Program-made: the position numbers and the translations under genes | From: Octopus sinensis | Lineage: Eukaryota | DNA length: 64,000 bases | Direction: 5' to 3' | NCBI RefSeq assembly: GCF_006345805.1 | Contig: NC_043011.1 | Location: 34,050,464 to 34,114,463 of the forward strand | The notes under the pieces: generated by a model | Database searches by the model: none | Told to the model about the DNA's origin: nothing | Seen by the model: the letters and a program-made list of their open reading frames with translations, nothing else | In this document: piece after piece, positions 39,296 to 52,262 of the stretch | Layout: every line of letters begins with the position of its first letter | How positions within the stretch are numbered: position 1 is the stretch's first letter

Positions 39296-39460
39296 TACGA
39301 TGGGCTTCTTTCAGTTTCCATCTACCAAATCCATTCACAAGGCTTTGGTCAGCCCGAGGCTATAGTAGAAGATACTTGCCCAAGGTGTCACACACTGGGA
39401 CTGAACCCGGAACCATGTGGTTGGTAAGCAAGCTACTTACCACACAGCCACTCCTGCGCT
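39033..39460 (-). mobile_element. Young full-length SINE family A
   Basis: Highly similar to 21280-21701. Confidence 0.9.
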
Positions 39461-39491
<31 letters not shown>

Positions 39492-41974
39492 AGTATATAT
39501 GTATATGTATACATGGAAATAGATCCAGGGAGAAGGAACACACATAGAAATATATTTCCTCTCTCTTTAAGTTTTTGCTGAAGTTATTACACTAAAGTTA
39601 TATTCTCGTTACATCTATATTCATTGTGTGTGTGTGTGTGTTCCCTCTCCCTGGGCCATTTCCTTTAAAAATCTATCCCTCATTCTTAATATCATCACTG
39701 ATGTTCCACCAATCACCCCTTACTGTGCCAACAGTTTCTTCTCTCTCTCTCCTCAGAGCAACAGCTTAGGACTACCATGCCTCACCATTAACACTTTCTC
39801 ATATCTGCCATCGATGGCATCCTTCATCTTTGTGTTTTCCACTATAGCTGACCCCCAGCCAGCTGAGCAAATCTTTGTGAGTAGATTTCATAAATAGGTA
39901 TTTGAAAAGAAAACCCATTGTGTGTGTGTGTGTGTGTCCATCCTGACATCATGTTATAGCTGTAAACAAGCGCCACTGTCATACAAGCAGCATTATTTGT
40001 TTCCAATCTTCCATGGAAACAAGAGAGGGTTGGGGACAGGAAGAGCATCTAGCTGTAGAAAATTTGCCTTGATGAATTATGTCTGCTCTATGCAAGCATG
40101 GAAAATAGATATGGAAACACTGATGACAATGATTCGAAACATACACACATATGATATATATATATATATATATATATAAGCCAAACATGTGCTGTTCAGG
40201 CAGTCCTCACTGACATCTACAGAATAGGCAAAACTAGTTGTCTGATGATTTTCAAGTTGGCAAGGGTGGTTGACTCCCCTGTCAGTATGTATCGGTGCCT
40301 TTCCTTCAGCATTAAGAGTATTTGAACTCTTATTTCTAGCATTGTAGGTGCATTGTTGCACTTAGTGACAATTGAATTTTCCTTTATGGCATCACATTGT
40401 GCTTAGCTGTTTATATTAATTTATCTGGCACCTGTGTCGGTGGCACATAAAAAACACCATCCGAGCGTGGCCGTTCGCCAGCCTCGTCTGGCACCTGTGT
40501 CGGTGGCACATAAAATCACCCACTACATTCTCGGAGTGGTTGGCGTTAGGAAGGGCATCCAGCTGTAGAAACACTGCCAGATCTGACTGGCCTGGTGCAG
40601 CCTTCGGGCTCCCCAGACACCAGTTGAACCGTCCAACTCATGCTAGCATGGAAAGCGGACGTTAAACGATGATGATGATGATGATGATGATATATATACA
40701 TATATAAATAGGGCAATTCCACGCAATTCAGACAAAAACTGAAAAAATAACAAAACTCTGCTACCATAATCTATGTAATTTTACATTCTCATAAGCTAAT
40801 AGGATTCATAAAAAGTTAAAAAGAAATTTCTGCGGGACTACTGTGACCAGCCTAGAAGATGACAGTTTGACTAAAGGACAAAAGGTAGGTATCCAGTTCC
40901 ATCCTAGAAAAAAATCTTGCAAAGATGTATTTTCAGGAAGAACTAGAGTAAAACTACAGTTTGACAGTGTTATTTTTTGAAAGATCATCCTACTTGTCAG
41001 CAAAAACAGAATTTTCTGTGATCATTAGAATTTGTTGAATCAGTTTACATTTTGGCATTATAAGTTTCGTCTACAAAATCCTGACAAAAAATTACTTTAA
41101 AACAATGCAACCATTATGACATGCTGTAAGGGGCAATTTCATTCTTATACACAATACTTTATATTCTAAGTTACGTGTACCTTCTTCAAGCAGCATTATT
41201 TGTTTCCAATCTTCCATGGGAACAAGAGAGGGTTGGGGACAGGAAGAGCATCTAGCTGTAGAAAATTTGCCTTGTTCATGGAAATCTCAGTCACATTATG
41301 ATCAGTGACTTGCTGTATTACAGCACTCCCACAATTACCTGCTATGCATGTAAAATCTCTAGATTGAATTATCTAAGACATTATGCATGTGCTACAATAA
41401 GCATCAAGAAACGTTATTTAGAACTTTGTGTTTAAGTTCAGCACACTTTGAACACATAGTGTATGTTTTTTACCTTTTGATCAATTCCTCATGTTCCTGA
41501 TTGATTAAAATAAAAATGTAGAATACTAATTGGTATCCGAGTTTCAGTGTTGCGTCAGATACACATTTCTAGGTGGAAATGTTTCATCAGCTATGTGTAC
41601 TTGTTGCGTCAGTTACATTTTACCGAAGGCACTACAGCATGTATTAAACAATAGCGTAGGATATGAAAGCATGTATAACATCCATATCACTTCAGGTTTC
41701 TTTTGATATAAAAATTGTTTGCACATGTAAATTTTCTGTGCAGGGGTTTCCAGCATAAGTACCACCAAGTCAGGTACAATGTTGCATTTCCGTTGCATCA
41801 TTTATGCATGTATCTATTCTCTCCAAGACAAGCTGGTTCAAACAAAGAATTACAATACATATGTAACAATACTTATGGGTCATCACATTTCAGTTAGCTT
41901 AAGTAACATGCCAGAACATTTTAGCATTAAAAATTTCTTCTAAAAGCTGCATCAGTTACGATGGAACTGCTCTG

Positions 41975-42014
41975 TATATGTATCTACATACATATATATA
42001 TATATACATAATAT

Positions 42015-42058
<44 letters not shown>

Positions 42059-42098
42059 CGTATACATACATACATACATATATATATACATAAATATA

Positions 42099-42132
<34 letters not shown>

Positions 42133-42141
42133 CATACATAC

Positions 42142-42178
<37 letters not shown>

Positions 42179-42250
42179 CATACATATATATACATACAAT
42201 ATATACATACATATATACATACATATATATACATACATACATATATATAC

Positions 42251-42289
<39 letters not shown>

Positions 42290-42459
42290 CATATATATAC
42301 ATACATATACATACATACATATATATACATACATACATATATATACATAATATATATATATATATACATACATATATATACATACAATATATACATACAT
42401 ACAATATATACATACATACATATACATACATACATATACATATACATATATATACATAC

Positions 42460-42490
<31 letters not shown>

Positions 42491-42508
42491 TACATACATA
42501 CATATATC
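41975..42508. repeat. About 530-bp compound (TA)/(TACA) microsatellite
   Basis: Direct reading. Confidence 0.95.
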
Positions 42509-42815
42509 ACGTGACGTCGCGTGACCGACCAGACCATCAGATGTTGCTAAATATCACCGGTCACAATGCGTTCGCTTTGTTTTAGCCATCAAATGACGCC
42601 ACCCCGGTGGCTAAGCGAGCAGGCCAACAGAAGAAAGAGTGCAAGAAAGAGTGGTGAAAGAGTACAGCAGGGATCACCACCTCCTGCCAGAGCCTCATGG
42701 AGCTTTTAGGTATTTTCGCTCAATAAACACTCACAACGCCCGGTCTGGGAATCGAAACCGTGATCCTACGGCTGCGAGTCCACTGCCCTAACCACTGGGC
42801 CAATGCACCTCCACA
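42505..42815 (-). mobile_element. tRNA-headed SINE family C, CpG-rich (young)
   Basis: Minus strand begins GTGGAGGTGCATTGGCCCAGTGGTTAGGGCAGTGG...GGTTTCGATTCCC; sits between two microsatellites. Confidence 0.8.
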
Positions 42816-43052
42816 TATATATATATATATATATATACATACATATATATACATATATACATACATACATACAAATATATACATACACACATACAAATAT
42901 ATATATACACACATACAAATATATATATACACACATACACACACATATATGCATGTATTTGTCACACACACAGATATACCCATAGACAGATATACATATA
43001 GTTTATTTATATATTCAATAACTACTAGCAATTTGCAATAGGTTTTATTTCG

Positions 43053-43170
43053 AGATCAGCACAGCTGTAGCCAGCTGCATCAGAGTGTAAAATGAAACAT
43101 TATACTCTCTGATGAATATAGATACAGCTGAGCTGATCTTCATATGAAACAATTTTGCAAGTTAGAAGTT
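43053..43170 (+). ncRNA. Hammerhead-ribozyme-like core within a short imperfect inverted repeat; probably a decayed Penelope-type relic
   Basis: CTGATGA at 43109-43115, a 12-bp bulged stem II at 43116-43145, and GAAAC at 43146-43150. Stems I and III are imperfect. Confidence 0.45.
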
Positions 43171-43726
43171 AGAAGCAACCACTTAATATAATTCATAAAC
43201 TGCAACATTCTAATATTAAATGCATTGAGTATGTTTTATGGCTTGCGGATTAGGGATACCTATATTGCATTAGATAACTTATTAGATAATGGAGTTGAGG
43301 CACCAACTTGAAAGGTGTAATAAAATAAATCGAACACAGTATTTATTCTAAAGGTTTAATACTTATTCTATCAGTCTCTTTCCTCAAACCACTAAGCTGC
43401 AAAACCATAAATGAACTCACACAAATTGTCAAGCTGTAATGAGGGATGAACACAAACACGCACATATATACACATATATGATGAGCTTCCACACAGTTTC
43501 CATCTACCAAATTCATTCACAACACATTGGTCAACCTAGGGCTATAAGAGAAAACACTTGCCCAAGATGCCCCACAGTGAAACTGAACCCAAATCCACAC
43601 AATTATAAAGCAAGCTTCTTAACCTCACAGTCATGCATATATAATATTAATATGAGGGAATATTATTCCAAACTTACAGGGAAAAATTCAATTTAGAAAT
43701 ACTAAATCAAATTTCACAAAATATAC

Positions 43727-43781
<55 letters not shown>

Positions 43782-45911
43782 GAAAGAAACCACCTTTTAT
43801 CAATTCAATAATGAAAAATGAAATTATACAATTTAGAAAAATTACATCTTACAGAAAGATTAAATATAAGATAAAACATGATTAAGTAAAGTGCAAAATG
43901 ATAAATAAACGTATATATTTGGTAGAATATATATATAACATATACATACATATACAGGCATACATACATGCATGCATACATATATTCATATATATAGACA
44001 TACATACATATATATGTACATATATATAGAAAAACACATACATGCATACATACACACACACACATTTATTCATTTGCTCTTTGCTAGTTTTATGTCTGTT
44101 TTACCATGTTAACTTGGGTTACACAACTATATTACTAAAGCACCATTTATGGTTGGATGCTGTCCTTGTCATTAACCCTTACCTGTTCTTCAAGTAAAGG
44201 ATTTTCCAGTTCACTCATCCCTCAAAATCGAAGAGCTGGTAGGCATTTTATTGACAAGGGACATCAACAAGCATCACGATTTATAGCTCAGAGCTTTTTC
44301 ATGCAGAACACAAAATGTAAATAACCACACATATACATATAGCTACATCTTTTATCCTTTACTTGTTTCAGCCAACTAACTGCAGCCGTAACGGGGCCCC
44401 AGCTTGAAGAATTTTAGTCAATTGAATCAACCTGAGCACTTGGTTTTCTCTCAGAAATTCTTATAGGCACAGGAGTGGCTGTGTGGTAAGTAACTTGCTT
44501 ACCAGCCACATGGTTCTGGGTTCATTCCCACTGCATGGCACCTTGGGCAAGTGTCTTCTACTATAGCCTCGGGCTGACCAAAGCCTTATGAGTGGATTTG
44601 GTAGACAGAAACTAAGTATTTTGTCTAGCATGCTGATGACTCTGCCAGCTCGCCATAATAATAATGATGATTTCTTTATTGACCACAAAAGGTTTACATT
44701 AAGAAAAACATTATGGGTGGTACAGGACAAAATGAAGAATGTGTGTGTGTTTTGAGGGTTTTGATTGTAAACAGGTTTAATGTAAAAAAAAAAGTGTTAA
44801 AAGGGACAGCTAGGAAACTTAGGAAGGTTCTTTGCACCTAAGGTTCCTTGTTGTAGCCCAATATTAAGGGTTTTTTTCTGCCCAACAGTTTAATCTGTTG
44901 TGCGTATATGACAGAATAATGATAAGACACAAGGCCAACAATTTTGAGGGTAGGGTAAGCCAATTACATCGACACCAATGCTCAACTTGTACCTATTTAA
45001 TCAATCTTAAAAGAATGAAAAGCAAAGTCGACCTTATTTGGTATAATTCAAACGCAGAACATAAAGCCAAAAACAAAAAAAAATGCTGTCAGGCATTTTT
45101 GTCCAATATGTCAGGCCACCACTTTAATAAAAACAACAACTACAACAACAACAGCCAAATGCCACACATATCATCAATCACATAAATTCATTGTCTATAT
45201 TTTTTAAACTTTGTTTCTGTTTGCTAAACAGATCTAATCTGTACAGAAATATACTGCCTATACGTATCTGTTCAAGATTCAGAATTCCTGTCGTGGAATT
45301 ATTGGCAAAAGTATGCTTATCAACTTCATCAGCAATTTTGCAATCATCCTCATCATCATCACCACCACCACCACCATCATAATCATCACTATGACCAATG
45401 CTGTCACCACCACCACTGCAACCATTATAATCATCATCATCATCACTATCATCGGCACTGTCATCACTATCGCTGCTACCATTACAATCACTATCAGCAG
45501 CAGCATCGGTACGATCAGCCCCTTCATCACCACCACTACAATCATCTTCATCTTCAACAACGCAATGACTGATGCCATCATACCTACCACCACCACCGCT
45601 GCTCCCATCACCACCACTGCCACCACCGCTATAGTCATTGTGGTTACAGAATTATTTCTTTTGCAATTAATTGTCCATGTCTGACCACACATCGTGCTGT
45701 TAGCAACAAGTAGTATGAGACCGACCAGTCAGACTGACTGCTGCGGTACAAGGGACAGTAGACATAATGTTCTCTCTATCAAAATACAAACACCAAGCAT
45801 AATATATGAAGATGGAGGGGTGGTGTGGATAGAGGACAGATGCACACAGTGAAAGGCACATTGTACTCTATACTCTGTGCTTAAAGTACCATATAAAGTA
45901 TGAGTGTGTAT

Positions 45912-46315
45912 AGGTGCAGGTGTGACTGTGTGGTAAGAAGCTTGCATCCCAACCACATGGTTCCAGGTTCAGTCCCACTGTGTGGCACCTTGAGCAAGTG
46001 TCCTCTACTATAACCTCAGGCTGACCAAAGCGTTGTGAGTGAATTTGGTAGACAGAAACTGAAAGAAGCTCATTGTGTGTGTGTGTATGTATGTATGTGT
46101 GTGTGTCTTTGTGTCTGTGTTTGTTCTCCCACCACCGCTTGACAACCAGTGCTGTTATGCTTGCATCTCTGTAACTTAGTGGTTCAGCAAAAGAGACTGA
46201 TAGAAGTGCCAGGTTAAAAAAATAAGTCCTGGAGGTGATTCATTCAACTAAATTTTCGAGGCATGCCCCAACATGGCCACAGTCTAATGATGGAAACAAG
46301 TAAAAATTAAAAAGG
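45912..46315 (+). mobile_element. Full-length SINE family A
   Basis: GGTGCAGGTGTGACTGTGTGGTAAG head through the GAAACAAGTAAAAA tail. Confidence 0.85.
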
Positions 46316-47035
46316 TAACTGAAAAGATTTGAAACTCACAATGCAGTATGTATGTATGTATGTATGTATGTACATACGTACGTATGTATGTACATATGTA
46401 CATATGTACGTATGTCTGTATGTAATTATTCAGTTTATTTCAAGATTTCTTGCCAATAGAGAATGAACCAGTTTCTAACCTAGATCCAAGGCTCTTTCAC
46501 TGAAATTTCAACATCAACAACCAGGGTATTTTTGTTTGTTTGTATTTATGTATGTATGTATAACACAAGTAGATTGTGCTTTAATGAGTTAATTCATTCT
46601 TAATTATCAACTCATGCAGTGAGAACTCATTAAATGGGAGTAAAGAAATGAGCAGCAAAGGAAAGAGGTCCAAGATACCTTGCTAACATTTGTTAGCTGA
46701 TAACAATGGTATTGTCTTTTATCTTGTACCTGTTTCAGTCATTGGACTGCAGCCATGCTGTGGCACCACTTTTAAAGGTTTAGTCAAACAAATCAACCCC
46801 AGTAATTATTTCATATGCCTGGTATTTATTCTATCTAATATTTAATTATAAAAATACAACAAGATTTTTTAAACATTGAATGGCTATGAGGGGCCACCTG
46901 AGTAAAATAGGCATCATAGGGGTCCATAGGTAAAAATGGTTGGGAACCATTGCTCAATACAACGATTTGACCTACAAGAAAAACCAACCAAATCACCTCC
47001 TTCACATTCCACCCAAGTATCTTATGAAAAGTTGG

Positions 47036-47264
47036 TTAACCCTTTTGTTACTAACCCAGCTGAAACCAGCTCTGACTCTGTAGTACAAATGTCTTGTTTT
47101 CATAAGTTTTTAATTAAAATCTTCCACCAAACCTTAGTCACTATTGATGTTCCTAACACTAGCTGAATGATAAGTAAGTTATTTTACTAAATTCATTGTC
47201 ATATCTAAAATAATTGGGAGAAAAACAGAGCATCTCAAAAAAGATACAGTAAGGAAAAGGTTAA
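47036..47264. mobile_element. TTAA-flanked (piggyBac-like) MITE family 1, uninterrupted
   Basis: TTAA-CCCTTTTGTTAC ... GTAAGGAAAAGG-TTAA. Confidence 0.85.
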
Positions 47265-47869
47265 TTAGCTACTGGAGTTCTTATTATAGACAGTTTGAAA
47301 CCAAGACATAGAACTGAACAATTAGGACAGCCAGAGATGACTTGGGGTTCATAATCAACAACATTATGATGATAATCATCATCATTTAATGTCCACATTT
47401 CCACTCTTGCATGGGTTAGGCAGAATCAGTTGAGGCAGATTATTTTCTATGGCTGGATGCCCTTCCTGTCACCAACCCTCACCAGCTTCCAAACAAAGTA
47501 ATATTTCCACCCTAGCCAGACATGTTTTTCACATAAAGAAGGAAATGAGCAACCTTGCTTGCATAATGATGATGCTCATTTACGACTATCAAATGATGTC
47601 TAGACAAGGATACACACACACACACATATATATATATACATATACATATTTTTCTTTCCTTGTTTCTCTCCTTGTTTTTTCTGTGTCCCTTTCTGTAGAA
47701 GAGCGTAGGCTCAAAACATAAAAGACTTTTTCTATTCCTGAGCGTTATACTAATACATCTGTTTGTTTTGTACACCACATCCAACCCGTGCTAGCGCGGA
47801 AAACGGATGTTAAACGATAATGATGATGATGATCACCTGTCTTCATCTTTTGTTTTTTTCGTAAAATCT

Positions 47870-47923
<54 letters not shown>

Positions 47924-48882
47924 ATATAGAGAGAGGGAGAAGGGGAAAGAGAATGGGAGAGACAACAGGCTTCTTTCAGTTTCTGTCTACCAAATCCACT
48001 CTCAAGGGTTTGGTCAACCCAGGTCTATATTAGAAGATGCTTGCCAAATGTGCCAAGACCACATGGCACATGGTTGAGAAGTACACATGGCCCATTTTTG
48101 TTACTTCTTTTACTCTTTATAGAAGGGAAATTATTAAACATTTTACAAATCTCTAAAATATTTTTGCAATTGCTTTGAAACCTCAAATTAATCAGCTTAA
48201 CAAGATCATTGTATGTATGGTTTTGACTATTTTCTCTTTTTTTTTTTTTTTTTTTAATCCACAATAATCCCATCATGATCATCATCAATAACACCACCAT
48301 CACCAAAATTCGTTTTATGTCTTATTTTTTCTCTAATGTTCGCATGGTCTGTTGGTACAGAAACACATCTCTTTACATGTCACATCAACAACAAACAAAT
48401 TTCCCTCAAACTAAACCCTACTGTTTAAAAACAAAAAGAACAGTAGGCATAGTAATTCAGAATATACTATTCCTGAAAAAAATATATGGGATGATCATAG
48501 CTGGATTACCTTTAATTACAATCCTGCTTATGGTTAAATCTAAGGTTAAATCTAGCCAAAACAACAGTTCCATATATGTATGTATGTATATATTTATGTA
48601 TGGACAGACAGACATATGTACACATGTATGTACATACGTTTGTACAGGAAGAAAAGCCATACTTGTTTGGCCTGCTAAAAACAACAGCCAATATCTTAAA
48701 TAGCATCTACCCCCTTAAATAAGATACATAAGCTCATGTAGTCTTTGGCATACAAAGACAGGAAGGCCTTGTAATTTTTTTATTACAGATCTGATCCACC
48801 AGAGCTGACCTACAGCTTACCGGCAGTATGTATGGAAAGAAAAAGCACTAGTATATGTTCTTTTATTTATTCCATATATATA

Positions 48883-49090
48883 TATGAGGGATCACTGAAA
48901 AGCTCCTGGTTTTAAGAGTATCAGGAGAGGCCCAACCTTCTGAGTTCTTTTACAGGGCTTAGAAAAACTGAAAGACAACTGAAATAAGTGTGTGAATCTG
49001 AGAGGGGAATATGTTGAATAAAATCATAACTAACTGACCATCCTGTATTTTCTTTTACCCAAACCCAGGAACTTTTCAGCACCCCTTGTA
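48883..49090. mobile_element. Mariner-type MITE
   Basis: TA-TGAGGGATCACTGAAAAGCTCCTGG ... CCAGGAACTTTTCAGCACCCCTTG-TA. Confidence 0.8.
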
Positions 49091-49109
49091 GTATATATAT
49101 GTATATATA

Positions 49110-49160
<51 letters not shown>

Positions 49161-49166
<6 letters not shown>

Positions 49167-49298
49167 CAATAAGGGTTTAGCAACAAGTTGCTTGACCACA
49201 TACTGAAAATTTTAGAAATAGCAATAGAAATAGAAATAGCAATAGAAAATCTTCGGTATGTGGTCAAGCAACTTGTTGCTAAACCCTTATTGTTATAT
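49161..49298. repeat. 52-bp inverted repeat (50/52 match) with 34-nt loop, embedded in (TA)n
   Basis: 49161-49212 pairs with 49247-49298; 43 bp are contiguous and perfect. Confidence 0.95.
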
Positions 49299-49425
49299 TT
49301 ATATATAAAAAAAACTTTTTGTATAAGTTTTTACCGAATATGGTCCTTTTCCATTCCGAAATACTACTAGGTGAAATTTGTTGATATTATTAAATTAATT
49401 ATCTGTCACTCTATATCTGTAATGA

Positions 49426-49470
<45 letters not shown>

Positions 49471-50764
49471 TATAGACATACATATGGAGGGGATAATTGT
49501 AATCCTCATCAATGCTTCATGTATGAACCTGTCTATTTGAATGGACTCAACACAGCTATGAAGTGTTACAAATTTACCTTGCATTGCATATTTGTTTCTT
49601 AATTGCATTTTGAATAATGATGTCTGACAAAGTGAATAAACAATAATAATTCTATTCTATTCTATTTTATTGCATTTTATATTTATTGTAAATATTACTT
49701 ATGTGGTACGGGATTTTAAAAAAAATATTTATTTACTGAAACGATCATAACATCAATTTGAATTCCTCTTGACCTCAATACAATTCTTATTAAATGTATA
49801 TATTGACAGACTGCCAATGTTTCTCAGACAATGCACCATAGTGGGTTATCTAGGTATGACATAGATATCTAAAACATATAATCTAAGGCTTAAACAAATC
49901 CATAATATGTGACTTGAAAAACGTGTTGATCATAATTTTGCTGAACACAATGTATGATTAATAAAAGAAAGTAGACTTTTGTTTCTTATAAATTTTCCTT
50001 AATTTTAAAATTTAAAACGAGTTTCCCATTTATTCTTTCTTTTAAATTTTTATTTGGTTTCCATTGTGTGTCAAAGTCAAAACATTGAGAAACGCTGGTT
50101 TAATCTTTTTCTTACTATATTTCTGGTGGAACACACTGCCTTTGTTTCAACTGATTTGGGAAATAATGAAAATCCTCCTCATCATCATCATCATTTAACG
50201 TCCGCTTTCCATGCTAGCATGGGTTGGACAATTTGACTGAGGACTGGTGAACCAGATGGCCGCACCAGGCTCCAATCTTGATCTGGCAGAGTTTCTACAG
50301 CTGGATGCCCTTCCTAACGCCAACCACTCCGAGAATGTAGTGGGTGCTTTTACGTGCCACCGGCACAAGGGCCAGTCAAGCAGTACTGGCAATGGCCACA
50401 CTCAAATGATGTTTTTTACGTGCCACCTGCACAGGAGCCAGGACATATATATATACACATACATATATATGATAGGCTTCTTTCAGTTTCCACCTACCAA
50501 ATCCATTTGGTCGGCCCAAGGCTATAGTAGACACTTGCTCAAGGTTCCACGCAATGAGACTGAACCCGGAACCATACTCATTTTCCTTTCACTTTATATG
50601 CCACATCTAAAGGCATCAGCAATCGTGGCCCTCCATACCAAAGCCTGAAGATTCATAGTTTTCCAGTTAAAGATATGGCAGTGGTTTCTCATTCCCTTCA
50701 GCCAATTTATTTACAGTTTACTCTGTTGGTTTCCTGCTTTCCTGAGTTTACAAACAAAGATTAT

Positions 50765-50992
50765 TTAACCCTTTAGCATTCAGGTTATTCTATCAAATAT
50801 AATGCTTATTTATTCACACAGTTTTGAATTAATCATTCATTATCTCATTGCTGTGAGATTTCACTGATATGATTATATATTTTTAGAATGACATGGTCAG
50901 ATAAATATGAGGGTTCAGATCTGATTGGTTCAAACATAAAACAAGTATAATATTTAGGCCAGATATGGCCTGCTTAAATGCTTAAGAGTTAA
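50765..50992. mobile_element. TTAA-flanked (piggyBac-like) MITE family 2
   Basis: TTAA-CCCTTTAGCATT ... AATGCTTAAGAG-TTAA. Confidence 0.8.
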
Positions 50993-51020
50993 TCTTTTGG
51001 TAGGGAGAGTGGTTCATCAA

Positions 51021-51140
51021 GATATCACATGACTGGTTCACGTGACATCACATGACTGATTCGCATGACATCACATGACTGATTCGCATGACATCACATG
51101 ACTGGCTCACATGACATCACATGACTAGCTCACATGACAT
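51021..51140. repeat. 23-bp tandem repeat, five units, rich in E-boxes
   Basis: Consensus GACATCACATGACTGRYTCRCAT; units start at 51021, 51044, 51067, 51090 and 51113. Confidence 0.93.
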
Positions 51141-52224
51141 GGCATGTCCACACTTCAGCAAGCCTTTCTGACACATGTCTAAGGGACCAGCCCTCTTCTG
51201 AATCCTGTATGCTTTAACTAGAAGTCCACCTGCTATTTGACTCATAATTGAGGTCCTTGACAGGTGCTACCATTCCAAACCACAACAGCATCTGAGAATA
51301 GAGATAACTAAGGGATAACTTGATATTCCCTCCAAACTCCTGAATTCCTTAGCTGGAACCTCACTACCAGATGCACTTTGGTATCCTTGCCCAGGACAAG
51401 AATCATCTCCATTAAAACACAAATAATAGCAGATGGTAGCCTTTCAATAAAAACTATCATTGTAAAACAGAGTGGCCAAGTCATTAGAAAAACTGTCTTC
51501 CAACCATGACATCACCAATATAACACTTGGGAAAAATAGACCCTGCCTTCAGACCATTTCATTAAAAAAAATGTTCATGTCAACTTAGACCTCCTAATGG
51601 TAAACAGGTGCTATGGAGAGGTAAATATAGCTCGCCATTGTAAATGATGAAAGCACTATTGATCCCACAAGGGAACTACTATACAGATAGTGACACAATC
51701 TGCTAGAAATAGCAAACAAATTCTCTCAAATCATAACTTACTATTTCAAAAAAAAAAAAAAAAACTAAAGCAACATTGCATAATGTAGTCCTAGATACAC
51801 AAAAAAGATGGGATGGTCATAGCTGGAATACCTTTGACCATAGATCTGCTTGATCAGAGCTAAAGCTTAACAACAACGACAACAATATCAAACAAATGAA
51901 GTACTTTAATGCGATGCTTGGGCTGGAGTCCAATTTTCTCACTGGCTTCTAAAATTATGGATATTGCCTGGCCTGTAATATTATTATCCAAATCACAAAC
52001 ACAACAGCCTATGATGATGATGACTCCCAGAGGTCTGAGACCTATCAATCAATCATGTTACATATAAACAAAGTTAATACTAAAGGTTAAATCTATCAAA
52101 TTAAAAGTTTACCACTGTTTTTCTGCATGTAATTCAGATGTAGATAGACATTAATTTATCTTATTGCTATGTAAAGTTCACTTACAATGAACTGATGAAA
52201 ATGTTCTTTGAAAAAAAAAAAAAA

Positions 52225-52262
<38 letters not shown>

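Noticed and set aside
16476-51140. Regular arrays (160, 20 and 23 bp) as possible CRISPR arrays
   Set aside because: Units are contiguous with no unique spacers, there are no cas genes, and the context is a eukaryotic intron.
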